A stretch of DNA of 64,000 nucleotides from Octopus sinensis. Lineage: Eukaryota. Location: NCBI RefSeq assembly GCF_006345805.1, contig NW_021833293.1, forward strand, positions 14,128-78,127. The letters run 5' to 3'. Below, one piece after another: positions 13,315 through 25,084 of this stretch; the first letter of the stretch is position 1; every line of letters begins with the position of its first letter. The notes beneath the pieces were generated by a model. That model was not told the DNA's origin. It made no database searches and saw only the letters and a list, made by a program, of their open reading frames with translations. A program made the position numbers and the translations under genes.

Positions 13315-13719
13315 TCATGGGAGCGTTTCTGCTTTTCCTCAATATCTGTAGCGTTTTTTTTATCAGGCGAGACCTTTTTCACTGTTTTGGCGGTTTTCAA
13401 TCATTGTATGTCGTCTCTTAAAAAACTTCTCACACCTTGGGAATTTTGTAGGTATTTGCTACGCTGAAGGATCATGCAAGGCGGATTTACAACAGATCTA
13501 TCATAATATTCTTCGGATTTTAATAGAGACTAAATCCGTTTTCATAAAGTTCACTAAATCCGCGATAGCACAGTTGAAATATCGTGTGTTTTAATTGCAA
13601 AATTTTGGAAAAATGCTATCGAAAATCGAAAGAACAGTTTAATAGCATTCTGGTAACATATATGTTGGTAACATATATAGGAAAAATATAGAGATACGTC
13701 AAGATGAGGAAAGTTGGAA

Positions 13720-14022
13720 GAATGCACCTAGAAAGTTACCCTCCCAGGTACAAATCCGGTCAAGGTTCTTTATGGAATACTATTAGTCGCCCATGCATAC
13801 CGGCCTCCCCTCTCCACGCCACCAGTGTTATCCAAGGTAAAGGGAAAGGCCTTTACAGCTTCGCACCTGTGGCATCGCAACTCATTCTACAGCTGAGTGA
13901 ACTGGAGCAACGTGAAATAAAGTGTTTTGCTCAAGAACACAACATGCAGCCCGATCCGGGATTCGAGCTCACAACCTCACGATCGTAAGCTCGACACTCT
14001 AACCACTGAGGCATGCGCGTTC
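13720..14022 (-). mobile_element. tRNA-derived SINE (third family)
   Basis: Minus-strand head GCGCATGCCTCAGTGGTTAGAGTGTCGAGCTTACGATCGTGAGGTTGTGAGCTCGAATCCCGG with A/B boxes. Confidence 0.8.
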
Positions 14023-15170
14023 ACAGTTGTAGAATGTCTGAAATGGATTAATTTCAAATTCGTGTGTATTTTTCGTAATCATTCTATATGGCAGCTCCCG
14101 GTAGAATTGCCCTTCTACATGAGTCCCCTTTTACGATTACCTTTGATCTCTACTAAGATTAAGATTATTGTCCTCATTTACTGCGTTACTCCAATTGAGG
14201 ATGCATAATTATAAATATAATTCTAAAACTTTTGTTCAAATTAGTTTTCTATCATGCCCACTTTAGGTTTAAATTGTATACATGAAGATTATCACTGTTT
14301 CCCACAGTTCCTTCACTAAAGGTCTTAAATAGTGGGTCTGTATTTTCTTTCCTGCATCAGCATGCGAATTCGGTCTTTTTAGTAGATACGTGTAGCATAG
14401 TTTTCGAATTTAATACGCTTATGTAACATTTCACGTTGCGTAGAATTGTTTACTATATATTTAGTTTGTATGGAAATATATGGCTATCACCATTTGAAAG
14501 TCTCTTGATATATTTCATTTAATTTTGATGAGATAGAAAAGAGTTGTATGAAGTTGCATGAACCATTCATTTGATGTTAAGGAAAACACACATATGTTTA
14601 GAGCGCGGGGAGTTAGGTAAGGAAGGATTTTCGCTTTGAATTCGATAGCTAACGACATGTTATTAGTTAAGTCGGTTTATGAAATATATTGTTCTAAGAG
14701 GAAAAGCTGAGAATACCACCTATAAGGTTATTTAGGAACTTATTGCAAGCTATGATGGGTTGGCATGATAATACGTTTATACAAGTAGGTTATTCATTGG
14801 ATATTCTGATTAATCTATGGTTGTTGTTCAAAAGTGAGTGACATAAAGAATATAAACTCAATGTAAGTTAGTCTCTGTAGATACAAAAAATAATCGCCTA
14901 AAGTGTGTCCATCGGCATTTCTTTTTTTCTTTTTTGTCTGCAGACGTCACGTCGTCTCTATTAAAATCCGAAGAATATTATGATAGATCTGTTGTAAATC
15001 CGCCTTGCATGATCCTTCAGCGTAGCAAATACCTACAAAATTCCCAAGGTGTGAGAAGTTTTTTAAGAGACGACATACAATGATTGAAAACCGCCAAAAC
15101 AGTGAAAAAAGGTCTCGCCTAATAAAAAAAACGCTACAGATATTGAGGAAAAGCAGAAACGCTCCCATGA

Positions 15171-15565
15171 GGCGCAGGTGAGGCTGTGTGGTAAGAAGCA
15201 TGCTTCCCAGCCTGGGTTTAGTCCCACTGCGTGGCACCTTTGGTGAGTGTCTTCTACTATAGCCTTTGATCGTGTGTGTGTGTGTGTGTGTGCGTGTGTG
15301 TGTGTGCGTGCGCGCGTGTGTGTGTGTATGTGCGTGTGCGTGTATGTGTGTGTGTGTGTGTGTATTTACCTGTGTCTGTGTTTGTACCCCAATTATCGCT
15401 TAACAACCGATGTTGGTGTAATTATATCTGTATAACACAACGGTTCGACAAAAGAGATTAATTACTAGGCTTATAAAGAATAAGTGCTGGGGCCGGTTTT
15501 TTTCGATAAAAAACTATTTATGGAAGATTTCCAGCATGGAAATGACTGAAAGAAATAAAAGAAAA
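15171..15565 (+). mobile_element. tRNA-derived SINE (4092 family) inside the right arm
   Basis: GGCGCAGGTGAGGCTGTGTGGTAAG...GGGTTTAGTCCCACTGCGTGGCACC head, TG tract and degenerate tail. Confidence 0.8.
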
Positions 15566-15629
15566 AAAGAAGGAAAAAGAATGAGCATACAAGAAAACTG
15601 GGTTATTAAAAATATAAAATCAAACCATA

Positions 15630-16255
15630 AAGCCCCATTATGTATGCCAAAGAAACTGCTTCTGTATATTGCAAGGTAGGGCGCCACTCCACCAAACAGA
15701 TGGTTCTCGTAATCTCAGCATAGTAGGGGAGCTTGTGGCGTGGCTATACGAATTTCTAAAAGACAGAAACCAGATGGTGATACCCATCATGACTACCTCC
15801 ATTGAAAAGCATATGATGAGTGGTGTCCTACAGGGCACTTTCTTGGGGTCACTGCTATTCACATTAAGCATGCACACAGCTGCTCAGAGATCAACCCTTG
15901 CTACCTCTGGAGATGATACAAATGTTTATCAGAGGATACAGAACCCTGGAGATGCTGCGCACATGCAACATGTGTTGAATGCGAAATACCGGTGGGCTGA
16001 AGACGTCATGCAATTTAATGCTGGAAAAAACTGAAGGTTTGCGCTACCAACACATGAAGCCGAGTGAAAGGCAGACAGGATATACTGGCCCAGGTAGGAC
16101 TGCAATGCCTGGATAAAAATCAGAGCGCAACCTTGTCATTGACATGAGTAATGATGCATCTTTCCAGGTGCGTAATACTGTGTTGGCAATAAAATGCCGA
16201 CGTTTGGCCTGATGGATCATTTGAACTTTCAGAACGAGAACACAGGAAATCATGA
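15630..16255 (+). pseudogene. Duplicated LINE RT fragment
   Basis: Same translation as 12240-12860. Confidence 0.75.
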
Positions 16256-16610
16256 TGGTTCTCTTGTGTTATTTCTTCTCAGTTGTTTAGATTCTGCACC
16301 CTACTATGATCACCATAGAATGTAAGATTAATTACGTAACTCGATGCAATAAAGTGAATCTACACAAAGAATATCGTTACAGTGCGATATGCCAGCTACT
16401 GGGAGAGATTAAAAGAGTTAAGACTCTACTTCTGAGAGAAAAGGCAGGAAAGGTATGTAATGAAAAATCATGGAAGGACTTTACCAAACTTCGTCATTGA
16501 AGGCTACTTAGAACAGAGCGTCACTGCTTAGCACCAAAAATCTCAACATTGTCATCATGAGATATTGGATCCGATTGGTCTCAAGTGCCCACAGCTTTTC
16601 AATATTCTTA

Positions 16611-16715
16611 CTTACTCTATGGGTGTCTTTTGCCGAACCACTTTATTACAGGGACGTAAATGCACCAAAACCTGTTGTCTAGCAGTGGCGGGAGTAAACA
16701 CACACACACACACCA
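16611..16715 (-). mobile_element. SINE internal fragment
   Basis: TCTTTTGCCGAACC...GGGACGTAAA is the reverse complement of 4395-4430-type sequence. Confidence 0.6.
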
Positions 16716-16746
16716 CACAGATATATTTATATAGGTAAAGGTAAGC

Positions 16747-17330
16747 TTGCCAAAGTTTAATGCAGTTTAAATTAAGATTATTTGGTATTGGATATTCATC
16801 GCGTACATTGTTCCTAGTCAATTTAATAAACGTCGCAGGTGGGCATTCGAAATAAGTAAACAAAATCCTTTAACAATTATAAAAAGATTTTAAAAAGTAT
16901 GGAAGACCCTACATGCAAGAAATTATGTCCTTTTATGCCCATTTACGTGGGAGTTTTGGGCAAAATGTTATAGTGCATGACCATTCTTGGGACATAGTGT
17001 GTATAGTTTGATGAAAATCGGTTGTCAATCGGTTGCCAAAGATTAAAGCAGTTTAAATATGGAGATTAAGATTATTTGGTATTGGATATTCATCGCGTAC
17101 ATAGTTCCTAGTCAACTTAATCACTGTTGCTGGTTGACAGACGAAATAAATAGACAAAATCCTTTCACTTTTATAAAAAGATTAAAAGTGTTTTGAAGAC
17201 TCTACATACAAAAAAGATGCCCCCCCCTATTTGTCCATTTACGCGGAAGCTCTGGGCAAAATATTATGGTGCATGACCTTTCTCCGGACATAAGTAAATC
17301 GTTTGAATTTAGTGAAAATCGGTTGAGAAT
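16747..17330. repeat. Diverged two-unit tandem repeat, ~286-bp period
   Basis: TTGCCAAAG...GCAGTTTAAA...ATTAAGATTATTTGGTATTGGATATTCATCGCGTACAT begins at 16747 and again at 17033. Confidence 0.85.
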
Positions 17331-17419
17331 TGTGGAAATATATGTGTTAGTCATTATACACACACACACACATACTGTGATTCATATATACTAGATAACA
17401 ACCACACACACATACCCAC

Positions 17420-17421
17420 AA

Positions 17422-17454
<33 letters not shown>

Positions 17455-17456
17455 AC

Positions 17457-17517
<61 letters not shown>

Positions 17518-17553
17518 GATATATATATATATATATTATATATATATATACAT

Positions 17554-17638
<85 letters not shown>

Positions 17639-17670
17639 GTATATATATATATATAATATATATATATATA
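17420..17670. repeat. Long (TA)n microsatellite
   Basis: Direct reading. Confidence 0.95.
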
Positions 17671-17952
17671 GAAAATAGTAAGAGTGAAAAAACTACAGAA
17701 GGCTTAAATGTTAAAAAATATATATATTTGCGTCAATATGTCTGAAGAATATTAGAAAATTCAAAAATATTTTTTTTTTCTCTTATAATGACATAATTTA
17801 AAAGAAAGACCGGTTTCGCGTGTAGCTTTTCAAATTTCTTGCGACGTTATGTTTATGTTGAATAGAGTTATCGTTATTTTTATGTTCAGGAGAGTTCTAA
17901 ATAAGGGGAGGTAGTGAGTGATTTCTTCCGGTGTAAGGGAGATAATCGGTTA

Positions 17953-18220
17953 AAAAATTTTTCCTTTCCCTTGGTGTGAATTTCTCTGTATCAGTATGTT
18001 CGGATGGTTGAATCTGGGCTTGTACTTTTCAATGAAGAATGTTTCCTTGTTTAGTCTAATTTGTGTTGATGATCCGAAAGCACATTGGTAAAATGGAAAG
18101 ATTAAAAATTGTGGTAGTAGTTGCTTTGCGCATTTCTCAATGTGCTCACTAAAAGGTATCATTCTATATTCTGGGAATGCAATCTGTTGTCGATGCAGTG
18201 TGCATCTACGTCTGAGTGAT
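17953..18220 (-). pseudogene. Inverted C-terminal part of the GIY-YIG domain
   Basis: Minus strand LSLRRRCTLHRQQIAFPEYR...RLNKETFFIEKYKPRFN overlaps and continues the plus-strand LSLRRRYTLHRQ. Confidence 0.8.
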
Positions 18221-19032
18221 AAAAACATATTGAACAGCATAAACCCAAATATACAGTTCATAATGGAATACAACCAAAAGGAGCTCCCGTTCTTGGATAT
18301 ACTAATTAAAAAAATTAACCTTAAAATAGAAACAGACATCTTTTACAAAGCCACAGACGCCAAACAATAACTTCTTTTTAATTCATGCCACCCAAGACAC
18401 ACTAAAACAAACATCCCCTTCAACCTTGCAAGAAGGATATGCACAATAGTGTCAGAACAAAATACCAAGAACTTTAGACTGCAAGAACTCAAAAACACCC
18501 TAATTGACAGACATTACCCAGCTCAACTCATAGAGGATGGGATCAGACGTGCAACAGAAATCAACATAGAATCTTTAAGAAAAGTTCAACACAACAACAC
18601 ACCTTCCCCGAAAATACTACCTTACATATCTACATACAACCCCAGAAACAAAGAAGCCTTCACCATCATCACCCAGAATTTACCAATACTTCATAAAGAC
18701 CCCAAATTAAAGGAAATTCTAAACATACACCAAATCATTAAAAGCTACAAACAGCCTAAATCACTTAAAAAGATTCTCACAAAAGCAAAATTGTCTTCTG
18801 AAATTACGGATGCAAAAGTTAAAAAATGTGGTAGATCGAACTGTGCAACATGTCCTAACCTGCTAGAAGGATCAGAATTCCTCTTTAAAGAGGGACAGAA
18901 ATTCAAGATCAAATCTAACTTTACTCATGCCTCTGAAAACATAATTTATGTCATAAAATGTTCGGGCTGCCACCAAGACTACGTGGGTTCCACGGGACTA
19001 TCACTCAGACGTAGATACACACTGCATCGACA
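18220..19032 (+). pseudogene. PLE ORF: RT thumb, Cys-rich linker and GIY-YIG endonuclease; one in-frame stop
   Basis: ORFs 18140-18370 and 18449-19057 share a frame and are separated by TAA at 18368-18370. KKCGRSNCATCP linker; IIY...YVG motif. Confidence 0.85.
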
Positions 19033-19212
19033 AGAGAAAAAAAAATTTTTTTCTTGAATTTTCTAATATTCTTCAGACATATTGACGCAAATATATATAT
19101 TTTTTAACATTTAAGCCTTCTGTAGTTTTTTCACTCTTTACTATTTTCTATATATTCACCCACGTGCTTTCACAAACCAACTTTCTTATCTATATATATA
19201 TATATATATATA

Positions 19213-19770
19213 TGGTGGCTGCCCCCTCGTTATCGAGTATGGCCATTGCACGAAGCTTAATCAATGTTGTTATCGTGCAATGCCTGTGCAAGAAGATTTT
19301 TTTAAAGTGAGGAAAGGCTGTGCACAGAGTCAATCCCACTCACTAAGCAAAAGCAACCATAATCCGAAAAGAAGAACAAGTCAACATCATCGGTAACCAC
19401 TGAGCCGCAGGTTTTATATCGGAGTTATCCCTGTTACATGAGTTACCTTCTTCTAGAAGGAAGCCCTAACAAAAGCTAGGAGCCATTCACTCCCAATGGT
19501 TTAACAACGCGATCGGGTATTCAGTCCGATTATTTCTATGTCCCCGCACATGACACAGCCTTAAGACATTTATTGGATGGCCGTTGACTCTGAAGAGTTC
19601 CTCCGCCCTTTGACGGGTTATGTTTTTCATCCCGCAGGGTGTCCAGTAAACACCCTCCTCACCAAGCAAGCTTGGTCGGGTTGCCGGTTTAAACGCCGAC
19701 GACCCGATCATGCTACAGGGTGTACTGGGTTACATGTTACCAGTAGCACTCGAAAGTGACCTGACAGAAA
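19213..19770. repeat. GC-richer interspersed repeat, possibly a LINE 5' region
   Basis: Sharp compositional boundaries with TA tracts on both sides; no clear ORF; family not established. Confidence 0.35.
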
Positions 19771-21099
19771 ATAAATATATACATATATATATATACATAC
19801 ACTTCCACATATATGTAATGTAACGGTCTTTTATAAAAGTGGCATAGCTTAAGGTCACCAACGCAATACCTCCATATATATTCTTAGGCGAAGAAAGAAA
19901 ATATATTTGAGCATATTTACTTTTTTCACTTCCATTACTTAAATATAACGACATTTTTACTATGGACCTCTAGTACTTCACTGTTGTCACACGATTGTAA
20001 CAGAACACCGTAAAAATGGTTTCTTCTAGATTTTACTAAGATTTCAAATATATGTAGTAAAACGCCGCTGCGAAATGTCTCAAAATTCTGAAACACCTGC
20101 GCTCACATTTCAGAAATGCTATGTTTACGTGATAAAGTTACGATGATATCATTTCACCGTAATAAATTAATATACATTATATAACGCTCCGGAGAGTAAA
20201 ATCTTAACAGCAGCTGGCGTGCTTATATTATATGAACGTAATAAAATGTTTCTAGATATATGTATCATTCAAACTCTGCTGCTACTGTCTGTTAGCTGAC
20301 GTTTCGACTGGAATGAAATCTGAGAAAATATTCATGTTCTTTATTTATGCATATGCATATATATATATATAAAGTGTTATATATGTGAATATATTGATAC
20401 ATTGTGACTAGTATAAGAAGGTTCGCTCTTGCAAATATAAAAATGGTTGATAGAAACGTTCGACTTTATTGCTGCGAGTATATAATACTAGAATTTTTAT
20501 TGGTGTTTATTCCTTGGTGTATTGAGTGGAAAGAAATTATGGAATGATATTTAGAAAGTTATATAAAGCATGTTATATATGCAAATACATTTATGTATTT
20601 TGATAAAGCTACAGATGCTTGGCTCTTGCAAATACTACACTACTTAAAGGCAAATTCACTATTTCGCTTTTAGATATTTTATGAAGAATGTAAACAAGCG
20701 TAATGAGATTTTGAAGACAGAATATAGATAGGGCGGGGGTAACAAGGAAAAAAAAAAAAGACAAAAAAAGTCATTGCATTTATTACTCCAAGTTCCTTTT
20801 CTGTCATATTTCTAAACGTAATATTTGGAACTAATTTAGATTAGTTAAGAATTTCATTTCCATTATTAGATTTAAGTTCTGAGGTGTTTTGTTTTACATA
20901 CTGAAATTTTATTTCCTAACGAAATATTTAATACATTTCTTTCAAATTTATAAGTTATGTATATTCATATTTGAATATAATGATATTGCAATTATATAAT
21001 TATAATGATTATGAAATATTCCACCAATATTATCTAAATGATATTCGTATTATGCTTACAATTCATCCAAGACTAGACCCCCGTGTAATGCGTCCCCTA

Positions 21100-21420
21100 T
21101 AAAGGCCGAGATCACATCACTTATGAATATTGCGACACAATTTCTTCACTGCAAATGGTCATGCTCTTTTCAATGTTATCCCAAAAGAAATTAAAGTATA
21201 AAAAGACCCACACAACTTTCAAACAGTACCTGGAGAAATTCCTCCATGAAATACCGGATAAACCACCTACACCTGCATACATCTCAACCAACAGCATCTC
21301 TCTGCTTGAATGGTCCATGGTGTCCTGAAATAATTGACTAAAAGACTTTTCCTGGTGGTGCTGTTGAGTTAGTCATGGCCTGGGTCGATAATGGCCGAAA
21401 ACAGTTTAAGTTGTCTACGT
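21100..21420 (+). mobile_element. CR1/L2-like LINE 3' fragment
   Basis: Across frameshifts reads NGHALFNVIPKEIK...FKQYLEKFLHEIPDKP, resembling the C-terminus of the LINE at 46874-47170. Confidence 0.55.
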
Positions 21421-21606
21421 TATGACATTCGTATTTTAATCTGAAAAAAAAATTGAAAGCTTTGAATAAAGTAAGGAAACATTTTCAAAATCCTATTATT
21501 CTAAATATTTCTTTCGGCATTTGACAAAAATAACATAAGAAATAAATATAATTGTTTTTATTAAATAAGCAACATATTAACATAGATACATATACAAAGT
21601 TTATTA

Positions 21607-21838
21607 AGGCGGCGAGCTGGCAGAAACGTTTGCACGCCGGGCGAAATGCGTAGCCGTATTTCGTCTGCCGTTACGTTCTGAGTTCAAATTCCGCCGAGGT
21701 CGACTTTGCCTTTCATCCTTTCGGGGTCGATAAATTGAGTACCAGTTACGCACTGGGGTCGATGTAATCGACTTAATCCATTTGTCTTTCCTTGTTTGTT
21801 CCTTCTGTGTTTAGCCCCTTTTGGGTAATAAAGAAACA
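21607..21838 (+). mobile_element. SINE (fourth family), apparently full length
   Basis: AGGCGGCGAGCTGGCAGAAACG...GAGTTCAAATTCCGCCGAGGTCGACTTTGCCTTTCATCCTTTCGGGGTCGATAAA; related copies at 34540, 38900 and 24615. Confidence 0.85.
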
Positions 21839-22811
21839 CATATACACATTTTAATACACATATCCATAGAAATATACATGCACACATACCTAGAAACATG
21901 CCCACATAATGCCATACATATATATAGCTACACATACATACATACACACACACATACATATATGAATGTTGAATCCAATAGCACGTGATAGCTACTAATA
22001 ACCAGTTCAACAAAGAGGTAAAGAAGACCTTCAATAACCGCGATGTAACCTACCATCTCGATAATTTCACATATAAATAACTTAACAAGCTGTAACCGAC
22101 TATTCCAAAATGTCAACAAGTGTTTAAACTTCCTACACTTCTAACTGACTCTATAATATTTTATATATACATACACCCCCACCAACAAATTCCTCACATG
22201 CACATATATATGTTATATTATAATATTATATTATATATTATATATTATTATTATCTTATATTATATATATATATATATAAATTTATATATAGAGGGCATT
22301 ATACATACATGCCAGACGGCATTATACATACATGCCAAACGCTAAGAGGGACAATCAGTCATTTCTACCAAAAATATTACTAATCCCACCGAATGCAATT
22401 TTTCAAAGTAAGACATTTAAAATATTAGTAATATTTTTGGTAGAAATGACTGATTGTCCCTCTTAGCGTTTGGCATGTATGTATAATGCCGTCTGGCATG
22501 TATGTATAATGCCCTCTATATATAAATTAATATGTTCAATAAGAAATAATTATTTTCGAAATTTTTTCTCTTATGAGGTTTTTACGCTATATACCTGACA
22601 ATTTCTTGTTAAGTTTTCCTTATTAAGTAGTTGTCCTTAATTGCTAAATTTTTATTCCGAAAAAACTTTACCTCTCCCGAAATGCAATTCGTAAAAGTTT
22701 GCCATTTACCCGATGTAATATATGTAAACTCAACCATGTGCTTCGTTGATGTTGATCAGTTAGCTGATCGGCTTAAGCGGGGCAGGGTCGTTGTTTATTT
22801 ATAATACATTC

Positions 22812-22859
22812 AGGCCTGCTGATGATTACGTAAGTATGAAATCACTGTGATACAGGTCT
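22812..22859 (+). ncRNA. Type I hammerhead ribozyme, copy 1
   Basis: AGGCCUG-CUGAUGA-U(UAC GUAA GUA)U-GAA-AUCAC U GUGAU-A-CAGGUCU: 7-bp stem I, GNRA-capped stem II, palindromic stem III, AUA triplet (predicted cut after 22852). Confidence 0.8.
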
Positions 22860-23286
22860 ATATTTTTAAATGTCTTACTTTGAAAAATTGCATTCGATGG
22901 GATTAGTAATATTTTTGGTAGAAATGACTGATTGTCCCTCTTAGCGTTTGGCATGTATGTATAATGCCGTCTGGCATGTTATGTATAATGCCCTCTATTA
23001 TAAATTAATATGTTCAATAAGAAATAATTATTTTCGAAATTTTTTCTCTTATGAGGTTTTTACGCTATCTACTGACAATTCTTGTTAAGTTTTCCTTATT
23101 AAGTAGTTGTCCTTAATTGCTAAATTTTTATTCCGAAAAAACTTTTCCTCTCCCGAAATGCAATTCGTAAAAGTTTGCCATTTACCCGATGTAATATATG
23201 TAAACTCAACCATGTGCTTCGTTGATGTGATCAGTTAGCTGATCGGCTTAAGCGGGGCAGGGTCGTTGTTTATTTATAATACATTC

Positions 23287-23334
23287 AGGCCTGCTGATGA
23301 TTACGTAAGTATGAAATCACTGTGATACAGGTCT
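23287..23334 (+). ncRNA. Type I hammerhead ribozyme, copy 2
   Basis: Identical to 22812-22859 and 475 nt downstream (predicted cut after 23327). Confidence 0.8.
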
Positions 23335-23601
23335 ATATTTTTAAATGTCTTACTTTGGAAAATTGCATTCGGTGGGATTAGTAATATTTTTGGTAGAAAT
23401 GACTGATTGTCCCTCTTAGCGTTTGGCATTATGTATAATGCCGTCTGGCATGTATGTATAATGCCCTCTATATATAAATTAATATGTTCAATAAGAATAA
23501 TTATTTTCGAAATTTTTTCTCTTATGAGGTTTTTACGCTATCTACCTGACAATTTCTTGTTAAGTTTTTGGTTTCCTCATTAAGTAGTTGTCCTTAATTG
23601 C

Positions 23602-23654
<53 letters not shown>

Positions 23655-24499
23655 ATGTGTGTGTATGTGTGTGTGTGTGTGCAAGTACCTCTGTATATAT
23701 CTACTACCACTAACAACATTATTATTATCATCATCATCATCATCACATCTTCATCCTCGTCGTCGTCGACGCCACCCTCGTCAATATCTCCCTCGCTTAT
23801 CAGATGATCTAGTTACACACGCCATCTTGAATATCATTACAGATAACTTAATGGGTTGACAGGGTTGATAAGAAGCAGATCTTTAACAAAACAACAGCTG
23901 TTGCTGCTATTGTTTAACTCTACTCAGTCGTATTCTAGTAGACCTGTGACTAAAGGTATTCCATACAACATGTCTGTCTTTATAGGAAATATAAACAAGG
24001 CGATATTATCCCATGTTTTAACACAGCAGGTATGATTACAAAAAGCCTGGCGTAAATATACGTGTACTATCCACTTTGTATTGTGTTTTTTTCCCCTTTT
24101 GCTGATGTCGTTTTTGTGGAGTTACGCTAATGGAGATCATGTTTTTTGTTGTTTTTCGCGATCTTTGTTGTTCGTGTTGATCTTGTCATGGTTTGCGTTG
24201 TTACTTGAAGTGTTAGTGAATTCGATGTTGTATCCTCAATGCCTGCAACAAGGGTTGCAGATGCATTTGACAACAACTACAGCAACAACAGCCTCACAAC
24301 AGCAGATAAAAATCTAGAACTAAAATAGATATCAGTAACAATGTCACGAACTCATGTGGTTATTATAACGGTAATATCGTTATAATAACCCCCACCAACA
24401 CCACCAACAACAGCTATAACACAACAACATTGCTGGAGACCAACAATATCTGAGAAAAGCTGTCAATCCAGTACATTACAACTACTACTATTTTTGCTG

Positions 24500-24523
24500 C
24501 TTCTACTACTACTAATGCTACTC

Positions 24524-24558
<35 letters not shown>

Positions 24559-24574
24559 AATGATGATGATGATA

Positions 24575-24609
<35 letters not shown>

Positions 24610-24698
24610 GATAATCGTTTCTATTGAAGGCATAAGGCCTGACGTTTTGGGGAAAATTTTCACTGGTACTTAATTGATCGACCCACAAAATGATGGAA

Positions 24699-24736
<38 letters not shown>

Positions 24737-24745
24737 ATACTACTA
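24500..24745. repeat. (TAA/TGA/TAC)n tracts with a short SINE fragment (24615-24700)
   Basis: Direct reading. Confidence 0.85.
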
Positions 24746-25084
24746 AAGTGATGGACTATAGCCGGGTAAGTGATGCTTATTAAAATTTATTAATGATGTA
24801 TTTTAACAGTATAACATCTCTATCTCTCGCACCATACGTGTAAACACACTCGCCATATTAGGGTCCAATCAACATCAAACCGTATCCGTCCTCAACCACC
24901 ATACACAAAAAAATGAATAAATCACATAATACCCGTATTATTCACCCGAAGGATAACAAACGAAAAGTACGTACTGAATGGCTCACGTAGGAGAAAACTA
25001 CCCTATTTCCTAAATCCTCTAAACGCGCAAACCCACAAAATTACAGACCGAAAACTTGTCTCCCGCATTACAATTTACTAAGTC

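Larger units (their letters stand above)
12116..13530. repeat. Left arm of a 1.4-kb inverted duplication
   Basis: Reverse complement of 14954-16378, with only a few substitutions and 1-bp indels seen. Confidence 0.95.
14954..16378. repeat. Right arm of the 1.4-kb inverted duplication
   Basis: Reverse complement of 12116-13530. Confidence 0.95.
17669..19150 (+). mobile_element. Penelope-like element (PLE), 5'-truncated, with an inverted 3' portion
   Basis: RT C-terminal motif LPFLDI plus GIY-YIG motif NIIYVIKCSGCHQDYVGST. The ORF end and 3' UTR lie inverted at 17669-18220; 17669-17780 and 19041-19150 are inverted repeats. Confidence 0.85.
22279..23606 (+). mobile_element. Hammerhead-containing element B: ~475-bp tandem array (about 2.5 units) with a 5' fold-back arm
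   Basis: Unit starts ATTAGTAATATTTTTGG at 22424, 22902 and 23377. 22279-22423 is an inverted copy of the unit junction. TA-rich flanks. Confidence 0.85.

Noticed and set aside
22424-23606. CRISPR-like array
   Set aside because: Units are ~475-bp full repeats with no unique spacers, in eukaryotic DNA.
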